The notes beneath the pieces were generated by a model. It was not told where the DNA came from and ran no database searches. It saw only the letters and a program-made list of their open reading frames with translations. From Octopus vulgaris (Eukaryota), in NCBI GenBank assembly GCA_951406725.2, contig OX597823.1:78368001-78432000 (forward strand): a DNA stretch of 64,000 nt, given 5' to 3'. This document shows positions 37,136-50,135 of the stretch, in pieces. Position 1 is the first letter of the stretch, and every line of letters starts with the position of its first letter. Both the position numbers and the translations under genes were made by a program.

Positions 37136-37789
37136 CAATATAATTTTTATTGTTCCTCTTCTTCTTTTTCTTCTCCTTTTTCTTCTTCTTTCTCTTCATC
37201 TTCCTCTTTTCTTTTTCTTCTTCTTCTTCTTCTTCTTCTTCTCAATATTATTATTATTATTCCTCTTCTTCTTTTTCTTCTTCTTCCTCTTCATCTTCTT
37301 CTTTTCATTATTATTATTATTCCTCTTCTTCTTCTTCTTCTACTACTACTTCTCCTCCTGCTGCTGCTACAAAGAATCAGCAACAGAGCAACATTCGTAT
37401 TTACATACATTTGACAAGACATGCTACATTTAAAAAGAAGTTTCACTGCTATAGACAATACACGCATATCAATGTGCAGCTTTATGCAAGCGAAGAACCA
37501 CAAGAACCAAGTAGCTAAAGTGGTCTCAGACACTCTTTTCCATTTAATCATTTTGACCTTAGTCTTCTTGGTTGAAAATATCTAAATTCTAGACATCTGA
37601 ATATACTATATGTCAATGGATTGGTTAAGTCCATTAACCTATACCTGACCATTTTTGAAATAAAATACTCCAGCCATGCTATAAATGATTTTTGAAAATC
37701 ACTCACATTCTACAGAGGGTTAACAAAATAATTTTCTCAAGGAGATGGCTAAGGACTGAGATCCCTGGTGCATTGCTGTACTCAAGAAG

Positions 37790-38050
37790 ATCTGTCAGCC
37801 ACAGCAGAATTGATACTGGTGCTGGTACCAATTAGAAAGCACTTGTGCTGGTGCCACATGAAAGTAGCGGTGCTGGTGCCACATAAAAAGCACTCAGTAC
37901 ACTTTGTGGAGTGGTTGGTGTTAAGAAAGGCATCAAGCTATAGAAACCATGCCAGAACAGTCAATAGAGACTGGGGTGGGCCCCTGGCCTTACCACATCT
38001 GGTCAAACTGTCCAACCCATGCCAGCATGGAAAATGGATGCTGGATGATG
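37790..38050 (+). mobile_element. RTE 3'-tail copy (older subfamily)
   Basis: Three gtgctggtgccacat-type modules, then aagaaaggcatcaagc...aacccatgccagcatggaaa. Confidence 0.8.
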
Positions 38051-38239
38051 ATGATAACGATGATGATGATCATCATGATCATGATGATTGAGATGATGAT
38101 GATGATGATGATCGTGATGATAGTGATGATCATGATGATGATGATGATCGAGATGATCTTCATGATCGAGATGATCTTCATGATCGAGATGATGATGATC
38201 TCGTGATGATGATGATGAGGATCATCATCGTGATGATCT

Positions 38240-38273
<34 letters not shown>

Positions 38274-38340
38274 CGTGATGATCATGATGATGATCGTGAT
38301 GATCATGATGATGATCGTGATGATCATGATGATGATGCAT
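38045..38340. repeat. (GAT)n-derived compound repeat rich in GATC
   Basis: Higher-order units gatcgagatgatcttcat and gatcgtgatgatcatgatgat. Confidence 0.9.
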
Positions 38341-38349
38341 AATTGGTGC

Positions 38350-38678
38350 AAACAGGGCTATATGGTTTAGAAGCTCACTTTTAACACAATGCTTTTGGAT
38401 CGAATCCCACTGAACAGTAATTTGGGCAAGTGTCTTGCATTAGAGCCCCAGGCTGATCAGTTTCTTGTGTGTGTCTTTGTGTTTGAGTTTGTCCCTTCTC
38501 ACCACTTGGCAACCATTGTTGGCTTGTTGACATCACTGTAACTTAGCAGTCTAGTAAAGGAAACTGATAAAATAGAATTTATACCAGATTTAAAAAAATA
38601 AATGCTGGGGTTGATTTGCATGACTAAAACCTTTTAAGGCAGGCCCCAGCTTGGCCACAGTCCAGTGACTGAAATAAA
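38350..38678 (+). mobile_element. SINE family A with a Helitron inserted in its extreme 3' end
   Basis: Tail gactgaaataaA continues as Taaatgataaaa after 39062. Confidence 0.8.
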
Positions 38679-39062
38679 TCTTTATATATAAAAGTGAAGT
38701 TGTGTGTCTGTCTCCTTCGATTTAGATTCCTAACTACTCCCACATTTTGCGGTGCAGTGTAACCAAAAGCGGGTATCTTATAGTCGTGATTCATATCGAG
38801 CCCTTCTGGGTATTAGCATGAGTCTACGATTTAAAACAAAATTTACCATCATTTTCCCCATTTTTAATGCATTTTTTTGCTATTATATAAGGGAAGTAAC
38901 TCTCTAAAAATGTATTATTAAATCTCAGAACGTAAAAAGCTACAGTAACACCCCACCTTTGTGGTTAGCCATATTGAGATGGCTATTATACTTTACATCT
39001 CTAAAAATGCTTATATAGTTATTTCCCTTACAAACCCGAGCAACGCCGGGCGATACTGCTAG
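38679..39062 (+). mobile_element. Non-autonomous Helitron
   Basis: TC...cccgagcaacgccgggcgatactgCTAG in an A|T site; matches 15707-16100. Confidence 0.92.
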
Positions 39063-39359
39063 TAAATGATAAAAACAAATGATAAGAGATAATATGTTTG
39101 GAAAAGTCGTCACAAAATTGTGATGGAAGATTCTCAGTTAAATATGAATCCTTTCAGGTTGACATTTTGGCATTATAGGACTAGAGGTGATTTCATGTGG
39201 GTGGGCACAAGAGGATTAAATGGTATTGTTGGATGAAATATTTTCTGATATTTTCTCTGTAATGACTGCTAATCTCCTCTTAGTTTACTCTAACTTCAAT
39301 TAGTTCTGAAAATGATATGATAATAGAAGCATATACTAATAATAGAATATATACTAGTA

Positions 39360-39520
39360 GGCTCAGGAGTGGCTGTGTGGTAAGTAGCTAGCTTACCAAC
39401 CACATGGTTCTGGGTTCAGTCCCACTGCATGGTACCTTGGGCAAGTGTATTCTACTATAGCCTCGGGCTGACCAAAGCATTGTGAGTGGATTTGGTAGAC
39501 AGAAGCTGAAAGTAGCCTTA
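39360..39520 (+). mobile_element. SINE family A head
   Basis: ggagtggctgtgtggtaag...gggttcagtcccactg...ccttgggcaagtg...ggatttggtagac. Confidence 0.88.
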
Positions 39521-39598
39521 TATATACCTGTAAATGTAATATGTGACAATTATTCGGTAGCCATGATAAAACTCCGAGTTGTCTTACCATTTTTATCA

Positions 39599-39661
<63 letters not shown>

Positions 39662-39662
39662 T

Positions 39663-39785
39663 ATGTGGCTGTGTGGTTAGGGTGTTGCATTCATGATTGC
39701 AAGTTTAGGTTTCAGTTCCTGGAGTGGGCAATGTTTGTGTTTTTAAGCAAAACGCTTCATATCATGTTGCTCCAGTCCAGTCCTC
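39663..39785 (+). mobile_element. SINE family C, decayed
   Basis: Similar to 18546-18720. Confidence 0.55.
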
Positions 39786-40539
39786 TCGGACTGATATGCC
39801 ATCAAGTAGGAAAATATATGTGCCACAGAATCTGGGAAACTTGCTTTACACACCTATGGATTGGGAAGGACCTTTGATCCTTTTGATACGTTACACTGAA
39901 CATACTTTATCTATCCTTATGATAAATCCATATGAAAATATGCACACATGTACTCACTTCATTGTCATGACTATACAAAGGAGTTGTTTGAAATAAATTC
40001 ATAATTATATTTATATTCACTTATACATAACATAAAGCAAAGCACAATATGGTAAACAAAGCTGAAAATGTCATAAGTTTAGAGCAAGTAAAAAAACACA
40101 GTCTATCAAAGTAGATTCTTTATATCACAGTTGTCTACAATTTCAGTTATAAATTTTAAATCAATTATATCCAATTTAAATTTTATATTCAAGCTGTAGA
40201 GACTTTGATGTGAAGAATCTGTTCATTGAGATGTTTTTTACTGAAATTTATATTTCATCTTTGTTTACAACACTTTGTATTTTTCTTTACCAATCACGTG
40301 TATATCTTTTATCTTTTATTTATTTCAGTCACTGACTTGTGGCAATACTGGGGGTCCCTTTTTAAGGGTTTAGTCAAACAAATCAGTACTTATTTATTAA
40401 GTCTGGTACTTATTCTGTCGATCCTTTTTTTTTTTTTATCAATCTTCTACATTACATAGATATAAACAAACTAAAACCCTTTTTCAATGGTAGAGGGAAG
40501 ACAAATTCACAGGCACATACATATACATACATACATACA

Positions 40540-40813
40540 TACAAGTTCAAGTTTATACCTGTAACTATAGGAGCCCTGGCATATATATAACACATTGCCT
40601 AAATACCAATCTTGAGAAATTAGTCTTCTCAAAACCAGAAAGGAGAAAGCTAATTCAAAGACTAGCGATTCAATCCATCACTGGAACTGTAAAAATCTGT
40701 AAAACTTTCCAGAAGTTTATCATTTAAATATATATGAGTATGTCTAGATATGCGACTATATGCATGAGAATACACACATAAAGCAAAACATACAAATCTG
40801 CATATATACAAAC

Positions 40814-40854
<41 letters not shown>

Positions 40855-41420
40855 CTTGTGGAGGCGCAATGGCCCAGTGGTTAGGGCAGCGGACTCGCGG
40901 TCATAGGATCGCGGTTTCGATTCCCAGACCGGGCGTTGTGAGTGTTTATTGATCGAAAACACCTAAAGCTCCACGAGGCTCCGGCAGGGGATGGTGGTGA
41001 TCCCTGCTGTACTCTTTCACCACAACTTTCTCTCACTCTTACTTCCTGTTTCTGTTGTACCTGTATTTCATGGGGCCGGCCTTGTCACTCTCTGTGTCAT
41101 GCTGAATATCCCCGATAACTATGTTAAGGGTGCACGTGTCTGGGGAGTGCTCAGCCACTTACACGTTAATTTCACGAGTAGGCTGTTCCGTTGATTCGGA
41201 TCAACCGGAACCCTCATCGTCGTTACCGACGGAGTGCTTCCAATGTCCAATATATATATACATACATACACACACACACACACACATACATACAACAAAA
41301 ATACCCTGTTGCTGATGTTGAAATTCCAATGGAGAAGCCTTGGATCTAGGTTGGAAACCAGTTCTTTCTCTATTGGCAAGAAATCTTGAAATAAGCTGAA
41401 TAATGACATACATACATAAA
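40540..41420 (+). mobile_element. RLE-type LINE 3' end (third family), interrupted by a SINE
   Basis: 40540-40727 translates YKFKFIPVTIGALA/..THCLNTNLEKL...LAIQSITGTVKICKTFQKFII*. Inferred 3' UTR resumes at 41290-41410. (CATA)n on both sides. Confidence 0.7.
40860..41243 (+). mobile_element. Young tRNA-Arg-derived SINE, about 385 bp (possibly octopus OR1)
   Basis: A box tggcccagtgg, anticodon-like gacTCGcgg, B box ggtttcgattcc; CpG-rich unrelated body; no acceptor-stem closure. Confidence 0.85.
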
Positions 41421-42007
41421 TATATATATATAAATACATATGTATATATATATATACATATATACATATATGCACACACACACACACACACATACAACTG
41501 GCTTCCACTGAGTTTATTCACAATACATTGATTGACTTGGGTCTATAGTTGAAGACATTTGCCCAAGTAGATGCCAAGTAGAAGACCAAAGTGAGATTGA
41601 ACCCAAAACTGCATTGTTGCAAAGCAAACTTCTTAACTGCAGAGCCAAGCCTACACTTATATACAAAAAGGCTTATTTCAAACAGCTACTTCACTTCCAG
41701 ACCAAACTTATGATGTGAGATACATGATGTGTATATTTTTACCGGAATTTATCTGAGAGAAACATAGTTTTGTTGAGCTTAAAAACTGAAGAACGTATGC
41801 TTTGATTTATTTTCAGCTCATTGTGTTTAGTGTATATTTCATCATCACCATCATCATCGTTATTAGTATCATCCTCATTTAATGTCCATCTTCCCTGCTA
41901 GCATGGGTTAGACGGCTTAATGGAGCAGGAGACCTGTGCCAGTCTCCAGTTGTCTGTTTGGCCTAGTTTCTATAGTTGGATACTCTTCCTAATGCCAAAC
42001 ACTTGAA

Positions 42008-42219
42008 CCCTTTCATTACTCTATTTATTTTGAGATGCTCTTTCAATTACTTTAAATATAACGAAGAATTTAGTAAAATAACTTAGTTATCATACAGCTA
42101 GTGTTAGGAACATAAATTGCGACTAAGGTTGAGTGGAAGATTTTAATTCAAAACTTATGAAAACAAGACATTTGTACTCAGAGTCAGAGCTGGTTTCAGC
42201 CAGGTTGGTAACGAAAGGG
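42008..42219 (-). mobile_element. piggyBac-like MITE
   Basis: TIRs ccctttcattac / gtaacgaaaggg; flanks TGAA and TTAA; splits a minus-strand RTE tail (about 41875-42310). Confidence 0.82.
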
Positions 42220-42982
42220 TTAAACAGTATACTGGGTGCTTTTAATGTGGAAGCGGCACCAATGCTTTATATGTGGCACATGCATGGGTGCGTTTTACAT
42301 GGAACCAGCATGTTATATTTATCACTGCCCTAGACTTATCTAGATCTATTGAGCCTATTTTGCTGACTTTGCATGGAAATACATTCTCAGTGTAATTGAG
42401 AAATATTTAAAGTTGAATTATAAAGCAGTTTCTTTTATCAGAGAAAGTCTCTCAATATATTTCAATTTACTTATTTTTCTTTAAATTTATCAATTGATAA
42501 AAATGACAATTATTGATTGCTTCTGTTCAAATTGTCACAAAGGCGAAAGTGAATAAGGAATAAATATACTCAAATGAATAAAACGTAGCTTATGAATAAG
42601 TTGTGTTTTATGGGCCTAGGGAGAAAAAGGCAAAGTTCACTCTACTGAGATTTGAACTCAGAATTCCTAAATATTGACTGATTGAGTAAAAATAACTCTA
42701 ATATAATAGAGCTCCTAAAATATATTTTTCTGTGTGTATCTTCATACATAAGAGATTATATTTTTCACTTTTTCACTTCTGTGTGTGTGTGTGTTGGAGA
42801 TGAAGGGAGTCATAATACATTCAACATTCTTAATATGTAAAATCTTGAAAGTTAAATTTTAGGTTTGAATTTTAATTCACCTGACAAAGCCTTTTTTGTT
42901 TCATGATGTTATTGATTTGTATATGAATAAAAAATGTGTCTGAAACAGCTGTAGCGAACCTCAGCCCATTTATGTCATCGTG

Positions 42983-43070
<88 letters not shown>

Positions 43071-43515
43071 TATAATCATGTTGCTGCTTAGCAGAGTGAT
43101 ACTAATTAGTTGTTAGAACTCAGTATATTCGTACTTCAGTATAAAGCAGCAGGAAAGTACAGAGCATAATATCAATTAATGAATGACAAAAGAACAGGAG
43201 TTAAGTAATCATCATCATCATCATCATCACATAACTCATGTTCTTTTTTCATTCATTGATATAAAATGTGTGTGTGTTTGTGTGTACCCTTGTCGTGAAA
43301 TCACGTTAGCATTGTAAACAAGCATCCCGATCAAACAAGCAATGTTTGTTTCCAGTCTTCCATGAAAACCATTTTCATAGAAGGTAACAGGAAGGGCATC
43401 CCAGCCATGGACAATCTGCCTCAATAAATTCTCTTTGGACTCATGCAAACATGGAAAAGTGGATAGTAAATGACAATGCTGCTGCTGCTGATGATGATAT
43501 CACTTTTTTTTTTTT

Positions 43516-43885
43516 CATTTTCATTTCATCTAGTTTCAGCTCACGAGCTGTGGCCATGCTGGGGCACTACCATTCAGTGTTGCTACATGATTTTACTTCA
43601 CAAATGCTTTTTAGCAATTGACATTTGGTGCATGAGAGAGTTTGATGCAGCTGCCCTCATCTGCACCTCCTGCCGTGAAGTTGGTTCATCTGGGACCCCT
43701 GACAGGAAGAGGTCCAGCTTTATTTTGAAGACATCTGCATCCACCTCATGCAGGTCTCTCAGGTCCTTCAGGAGAATATTGAAGAGCTGTGGGCCTCTAA
43801 AGCCCAGGCTATTGCAGTATCTTGTCCTACATCTTGATGGCAAATTTGGAGTCCTTGGCATTATGCAGGGGCGCCCAGTTCTAGT
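43516..43885 (-). pseudogene. CR1/L2-group LINE 3' end
   Basis: NSLGFRGPQLFNIL.KDLRDL....DVFKIKLDLFLSGVPDEP...RAAASNSL..Q*, followed by a short 3' UTR with a hairpin and tgaaa repeats. Confidence 0.85.
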
Positions 43886-44468
43886 ATTTATTTATCTAAT
43901 TGGTTTCCTATTCCCAAATTAAAGCTCATTAAAATTCATTGAAGCTAACAATATTGTTCTGAAAATCTGACACTATTTCTATTGAAGAATACTGAGTCAC
44001 AGTTATTAAGACAAACACCTTATTTAAAGATGGATTTCATCTGCTCTTGTTACAACATTGTAAAGTATTGTATTCTGTTCAAAATATCAATGCCTTGTGA
44101 AGATTGAAATAAAGCTAGCCAATTTCTGTAGACACGAATGCTTGTGGTGTCGACACAAACGTGTAGAATAATGCTGTATCATTTTATCCTTGTACATAAA
44201 GGTATAAATGTATAAACACATTTAAACATAATTACACACTTCAAAAAGCCCCACAGATATTTATGTGCGTCTATCTCACTTGCTTTCTCTATTATTGTTA
44301 TATATATGCATATATATACATATATACATACATATACATATATATATATGAGAGAGAGATTTGTGTATGTGTATTTCAAAGAGATGAAGAGATAAATACC
44401 AAAATAGCTAGTTTGGTATATTTATATATATGTATGTATCTATCCATCTAACAACATATATATATATT

Positions 44469-44502
<34 letters not shown>

Positions 44503-45469
44503 TATGCACACAAATAGGTACTTATATATATGTGTGTGTATATATATATATATATATATACATATATATTGATAAAACATAGCCAGCTTACAGATGGTGA
44601 GATCTCCTTGAAGCTATCAATTACAAATAATTACTTTCTATTGAAAGTAAACTATAAACCCCAACACTTGCCTCATTAATTTAAACTAAACTCGCAATGC
44701 CGCAATCTTTAATTATTCTAATTAATATTTTAGATAACTTTCCATTGTGAAGTAGAAATTTCAGTTTACATGTTCAAAAGCTAGGTATCAAAAGATTTCT
44801 GCTTATGTGATTGTAATCAGGAGGTTTCTTAAGTTTTGTCCTTAATTTTGTTCTCTTCCTATTATTTTCGTTACTTTTAAAATTTATTTGGAAGTTACAA
44901 AATTTGTTTTGTTTTTTAGTCGAATAATGTATTATAAATACAGTCGAATAAATCGAAATTTTACTCGAAACTTATTGCAGCAGTTATAATAGGTGGACAG
45001 AGATATGAAGAAGAGGTTGTAATTTGGAAACTTAGAAGTTTGGATAAAAAAGAAAGAACGGTTTCTTAATTGACATCTCTAGACTAAACTGCAGTAAAGG
45101 ATTATATAATTGAAGATCTCTAGGCAGCAACATTAAGGCTAAGAAAACAAAAACAAAAAAAAAAATGCTGCAAAAACATTAGGTATTATTAGAATTATTT
45201 CCAAAGGTATGGTGATAAAAACTTCTCTAATTAGATTTTCATTAACCCAATGATTTTAACGTCACTGTTGAAATGTTTTTGGTTTTGATTGATTTTTTTT
45301 TTGTTTTGCTTTTATTTATTCATTTATTTATTATCATTTATTTATTTAGTTTTTAATGAATTTATATAACATTTCCCCTTCTTATGGGAAGTTTGTTATT
45401 ATCTTCAATACTTTTATAATTGAGCTACTGCCACTACTACTACTTGTACTACTGCTTCACCCTGATGAT

Positions 45470-45810
45470 CAACATCATCATCACCACCGTCATCATCATT
45501 GTCATCACCATCACTATCATCATCATCATCATCATCATCATCACCATCACTATAATCATCATCATCTTCATCATCATCACCATCACTATAATCATCATCA
45601 TTATGATCACATCTTCATCATCATCATCATCATTACTATAATCATCTTCATCATCATCATCACCATCACTATAATCACCATCATCATCATCACCATCACA
45701 ATAATCATCATCATCACCATCATCATCTTTATCATCATCATCATCATCATTACCATCACTATAATAATCATCATCACCATCATCATCTTTATCATCATCA
45801 TCACGATCAT
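45470..45810. repeat. (CAT)n-derived cryptic repeat with recurring caccatcactataat
   Basis: Seen directly; source of the poly-His/Ile ORF. Confidence 0.92.
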
Positions 45811-46093
45811 TGTTTTCTGCTTTAATCTTTATTCAGTTTTTTTTTTCTTTTTCCCTTGAGTTCTTGCCATGAAAGATGAAAATACTACAAAGATTGGAAA
45901 GAATGTTTCACCTAGAATTAAACAATCACTAGTCAGTACAGTGTCACATAGGAAATAAAATTAACGAGCACTTCATTAAAGTGTATTACTAGATTTAGCA
46001 CCTCCATTTGTATGACTTAGAAAAAGATAAAGATTCAAACTCACCTGATTTACCTAACATGTGTTACAAATCAATAAATTTATGTCTTCAGTG

Positions 46094-46165
<72 letters not shown>

Positions 46166-46189
46166 ATATATATGTGTGTGTGTGTGTGT

Positions 46190-46420
46190 ATTTTGTTTTT
46201 GTATTTGGTTTTCAAGATTCTTTGTGTGAATTTGTGTGTTGAAGCATATTTTATTGTGTCTGGGGAGAGTCATTCTGTTTTAATGCCTTATTAATTGACA
46301 TACTCACCAGTTCGATTTCTTCTCATTTACTTATTATTTTTTCTAAAATGTCCGTTGCTTCGTGCAACCTCTTCAGTAGTCGTTCACTCTGTCTGTTATC
46401 GGAGCTGCGTTCTTTATGCT
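46190..46420 (-). mobile_element. Penelope-like terminus, family shared with 53450-53930
   Basis: Shared atttggttt..aagattctt.gtgtgaa; minus strand ctgaaga-g-gttgc-acgaa-gcaac-ggac. Confidence 0.6.
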
Positions 46421-46547
46421 TGTTTGTTTGTGCACTTGTGTGGGCATCAGCTTGCATGTGTATGCACATATGTGTGTGTGTGTGTGTATGTATGCATGTG
46501 TGTACACATGTAGATATATGTGTGTATACGTTTGTATGTATTCAGTT

Positions 46548-46656
46548 CTAGGTAAATTCCACCATGGTAAATTCTGTCAGAAAATTCCACCCGATAAATT
46601 TCCCCATAGGTAAATTCCACCATGGTATATTCCACCATGGTAAATTCCACCCATGG
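46548..46656. repeat. Tandem ~15-bp repeats (ggtaaattccaccat), probable MULE terminal array
   Basis: About seven units, downstream of the MULE transposase remnant. Confidence 0.6.
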
Positions 46657-47104
46657 ACAGACTTCTGATATAAGCTGCTTCTGCTAATAATCACCGTGGT
46701 CAGTTTCTCTAGACTGTGGGTCAGTACCTATGTCATTTAATCTATCTGTCTCTTAGGTCTTAAGAAGAGAGAGAGAGAGTCTGAAGGTGAGTTAGAAAAT
46801 AATCTTTATAATCTATTTGAACTGAGATGGGATCACTTTGATGTGCTCCCATCAAGTATGAATCTCTATGAAAAAGACTCATCACAAAATTTCAGAAATA
46901 ATATAATTTGGGATAAAGAAAGAAAAGATTAAATTTCAGGCCACATTTTATTATAACAATAGGATTATAACAGCGAGTACATTGTGAAGCAGAGTTAGGA
47001 TAAGAAAGTTTAAATTATTTTAAAAAATTTATTTTAAAACTTCTTAAAAATTGCAGAGGGTTTTCATTTTGATATTCCTGAACTAGCTTCTTCAGCCATG
47101 CATC

Positions 47105-47470
47105 AATAATTTGATAGGTCTTTTATCATAGTTGTTGAGTCTCCATGTCGATTGTGTGCTATTTTTCTCTGGCTTAATCTTTCCTTGGCTTTGAGGGCAG
47201 TCCATAGTTTCCACAAATTTGGATGTGTGGATATTAGAGATGAGTGAAAAGCATTGTGGAACCATTCTAAAGAATTATTTGATCTTGGCAAGTCCTTTAA
47301 GACGTGATCATGTACATTCCAGAGTTGTATAGGAAAATGTGGGATTTCTCTTCACCAACGAGGACTGTGCCCCCGTACAATCCCAATGTATGTAATCTCA
47401 AAATAGGTGATAATCTCAGAAGGGATGCCTTCATCGTCACACAAATCTTCAAATACATTGATGTCTTCAA
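47105..47470 (-). pseudogene. MULE (Mutator-like) transposase C-terminal remnant
   Basis: IITYFEITYIG...PHFPIQLWNVHDHVLKDLPRSNNSLEWFHNAF...HPNLWK: the YFxxTYIG, WN and RTNNxxExxH motifs. Confidence 0.88.
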
Positions 47471-47679
47471 CATATTTTTTGTATTCGTTGACATTATTGA
47501 TATTATTTTTTATGTATTCTTTTTTATTTCCATATCATAACCCACTGAGAAGAAATCATCATTATGCCAAGTTCATTGTGCAAAATATTCTCAACTTACA
47601 GGATATTCTAATAGCACTGGCTACTTGATTTGTTGTCAATCACCTGTCATCCATCAGCATGTGATGAACACAATCAAAG

Positions 47680-48043
47680 TTTTTTCTTTGGTGGGAGTAG
47701 TTGCAGGACATTCAGACCTTGGGTCATTTTCCTCCTAAATTTAGATGCTCATTTTTGCACTGTTGATAAAGTTGGAGCATCATCCCCTAATGTAGCAACC
47801 ATGTCAGCATGAATGTCCTTGGAGATTGAACCCTTCTTCTACAGGTACTTGATAACACCACGATGCCAATTAGTAATTAGTAATGACTTCAAGAGAAATC
47901 ACTACTAATTACTTTTGAAGTCATTTTTGAACAATCAGATCTCAGTTTGCCCGGAAAGAAACAATGCAATCATAAATAAGATTTCACATTTCTAGCATCA
48001 CTCCTTCATAGTCAGACTATGAACTTTTCAGTCCTTCCTCATA
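47680..48043 (-). mobile_element. mariner 5' end: TIR and HTH region pseudogene
   Basis: WHRGVIKYL*KKG..KDIHADMVATLGDDAPTLSTVQK*ASKFRR..DPRS; TIR-like tatgaggaaggactgaaaagttc. Confidence 0.88.
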
Positions 48044-48049
48044 GAGTCA

Positions 48050-48283
48050 GTACCTATTTCTTTACTACCCACAAGGGGCTAAACACAGAGGGGACAAACA
48101 AGGACAGGCAAACGGATTAAGTCGATTATATTGACCCTAGTACGTAACTGGTACTTAATTTATCGACCCCGAAAGGATGAAAGGCAAAGTCGACCTCGGC
48201 GGAATTTGAACTCACAACATGACAGCAGCCGAAATACCACTAAGCATTTCGCCAAGCGTGCTAACGTTTCTGTCAGCTCACCA
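48050..48283 (-). mobile_element. SINE family B, tail type 1, with TSD
   Basis: ccttcctcatagagtca at 48033-48049 and 48284-48300. Confidence 0.92.
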
Positions 48284-49799
48284 CCTTCCTCATAGAGTCA
48301 CTACCACCACCACCACCACCACCACCACCACCACCACTACTACTACTATTACTACTACTACTAATTTTAGCTCTCTAGTTTTAGTTAAGTAACTACCAGT
48401 AATATTCTGAGATCAGTGCAATCAACTGCAAGCCCTTCCTCTCCCCAGCTCTCTCTCTCTCTCTCTCTCTCTCCCTCTCTCTCTCTCTTCCATAAGAACA
48501 GGCTTTGGATTTAGCTATTGGAAATCGTAAAGCACCAGACAAAACGTCTTAAAACATTTACTTTGTCACTCAAACACTGAAGTCAATTTTACCTCTTTAT
48601 TTCTCTGGCCTATAAAATGAAATGAAGAAATCTACTGACTTTGATGTAATCAGCTGTTTCTCTTCCCCAAAATTTGAGTTCTTTTGCCAGTGTCATTTTT
48701 TTATACCATTTTCTCACAAATTTGTGGTTTGGTACTAATGTAATATAAATCAAAAGCACTACTGCTAACACCACCACCACTACTACTACTACTGCTACTA
48801 TCATTATACTGGCAATAAAATGTATAAGTTTCCACGCTGTTTCATATAATAAAATTCTTATAGTATGATACTGTATGATATCATAGATATTGTTTTATCT
48901 CTTGTAGTATTACTGTAGGTCATCTATGACATAAAAACCCTCTTTGATATCAATCCACCTCAGATTACCAAAAAAATATTTAGTTATTGTCATAATGTGT
49001 GTGCTTTCAGCTATAAACTCCCTTGTTATTGTCCTGGAAAGAGATCTACTAGTATCAATAAGTAGAAAAAAAATTACGTTACGTCTTTTTTGTTTTGTTT
49101 GTATTTTGCACTAGATTAATCATGAAAACCAACAATTATACACTACCAAATTAGATGTTGCAACATTGGAAATACATCAAAGTTGGCTCAGTTTATCAGA
49201 AGCTCGTGGTATTGTCTGTCAGTTGTCTACCTAGTGATGGGTGCTTAGTCATGTGTTTGAAATATAAACACAATAGACGAAAATACATAAAGAACAAATG
49301 CTGTGAACATTTCCCCGGCTCTGGCATCACGTCCTCACCATCGCAAACTTCTTTGCAGCTAATCTCACTCACCCAAATGTAATTCATTGTAGTACTTTAA
49401 CTTCCCAATACATGGCATAAAACCACTGGCACCCCTGCCTTAAATACTTTCCTCTCTGCTTAGTCTAGGGGTCTTTTTCTTTCTTCAAGTTACTTGGTGA
49501 TCTCAATAGTGTCAGTGGCATGAAGAAAGCTTTCAGAACACACTATAAAATAGTTGCTGTTAGGAATGGCAACTATCTGTATCAATATTAAAGCTGATAT
49601 TGAAGTTTGATATGGTCCTGGATCTTGCTGGTTCTAGTCAAACCATCCAGCCTTTTGCCCAGTCTGGAAAACAGGCATTAAATGATCAATGATAATATTT
49701 TTACAATTGATAGTCAGACATAACTGCACTTTCTGTTATTGATTTGTCGTTCAAAGTTTAGCTTGCCCAAGGTTGATCCTGAAAATCTGAATTAGTATA

Positions 49800-50135
49800 T
49801 CATTATTTAACATCTGCTTTCCATGCTAGCATGGGTTGGACGATTTTGACTGAGGGCTGGCGAACCAGATGGCTGCACCAAGCTCCAATCTTGATCTGGC
49901 AGAGTTTCTACATCTGGATGCCCTTCCTAATGCCAACCACTCCAAGAGTGTAGTGGGTACTTTTTACATGCCACCAGCACGGGGGCCAGTCAGGCGCTAC
50001 TGGCAATGACCTTGCTTGAATCTTTTTACACATGCCACCGGCACAGGTGCCAGTAAGGCGACGTTGGTAACAATCATGCTCGAATGGTGCCCTTTTATGT
50101 GCCACGGCACAGGGGCCTGTCAGGCAGTACTGTAT
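49800..50135 (-). mobile_element. RTE 3' UTR/tail copy
   Basis: Reverse complement of the gtggcacataaaa modules and the tail. Confidence 0.85.

Noticed and set aside
36855-37551. Poly-K, poly-R and poly-S ORFs
   Set aside because: (TTC)n microsatellite.
40860-40935. tRNA-Arg gene
   Set aside because: Acceptor stem does not close and the sequence continues into a SINE body.
45356-45859. 167-aa His-rich ORF with a signal-peptide-like start
   Set aside because: Entirely (CTA)n/(CAT)n low complexity.
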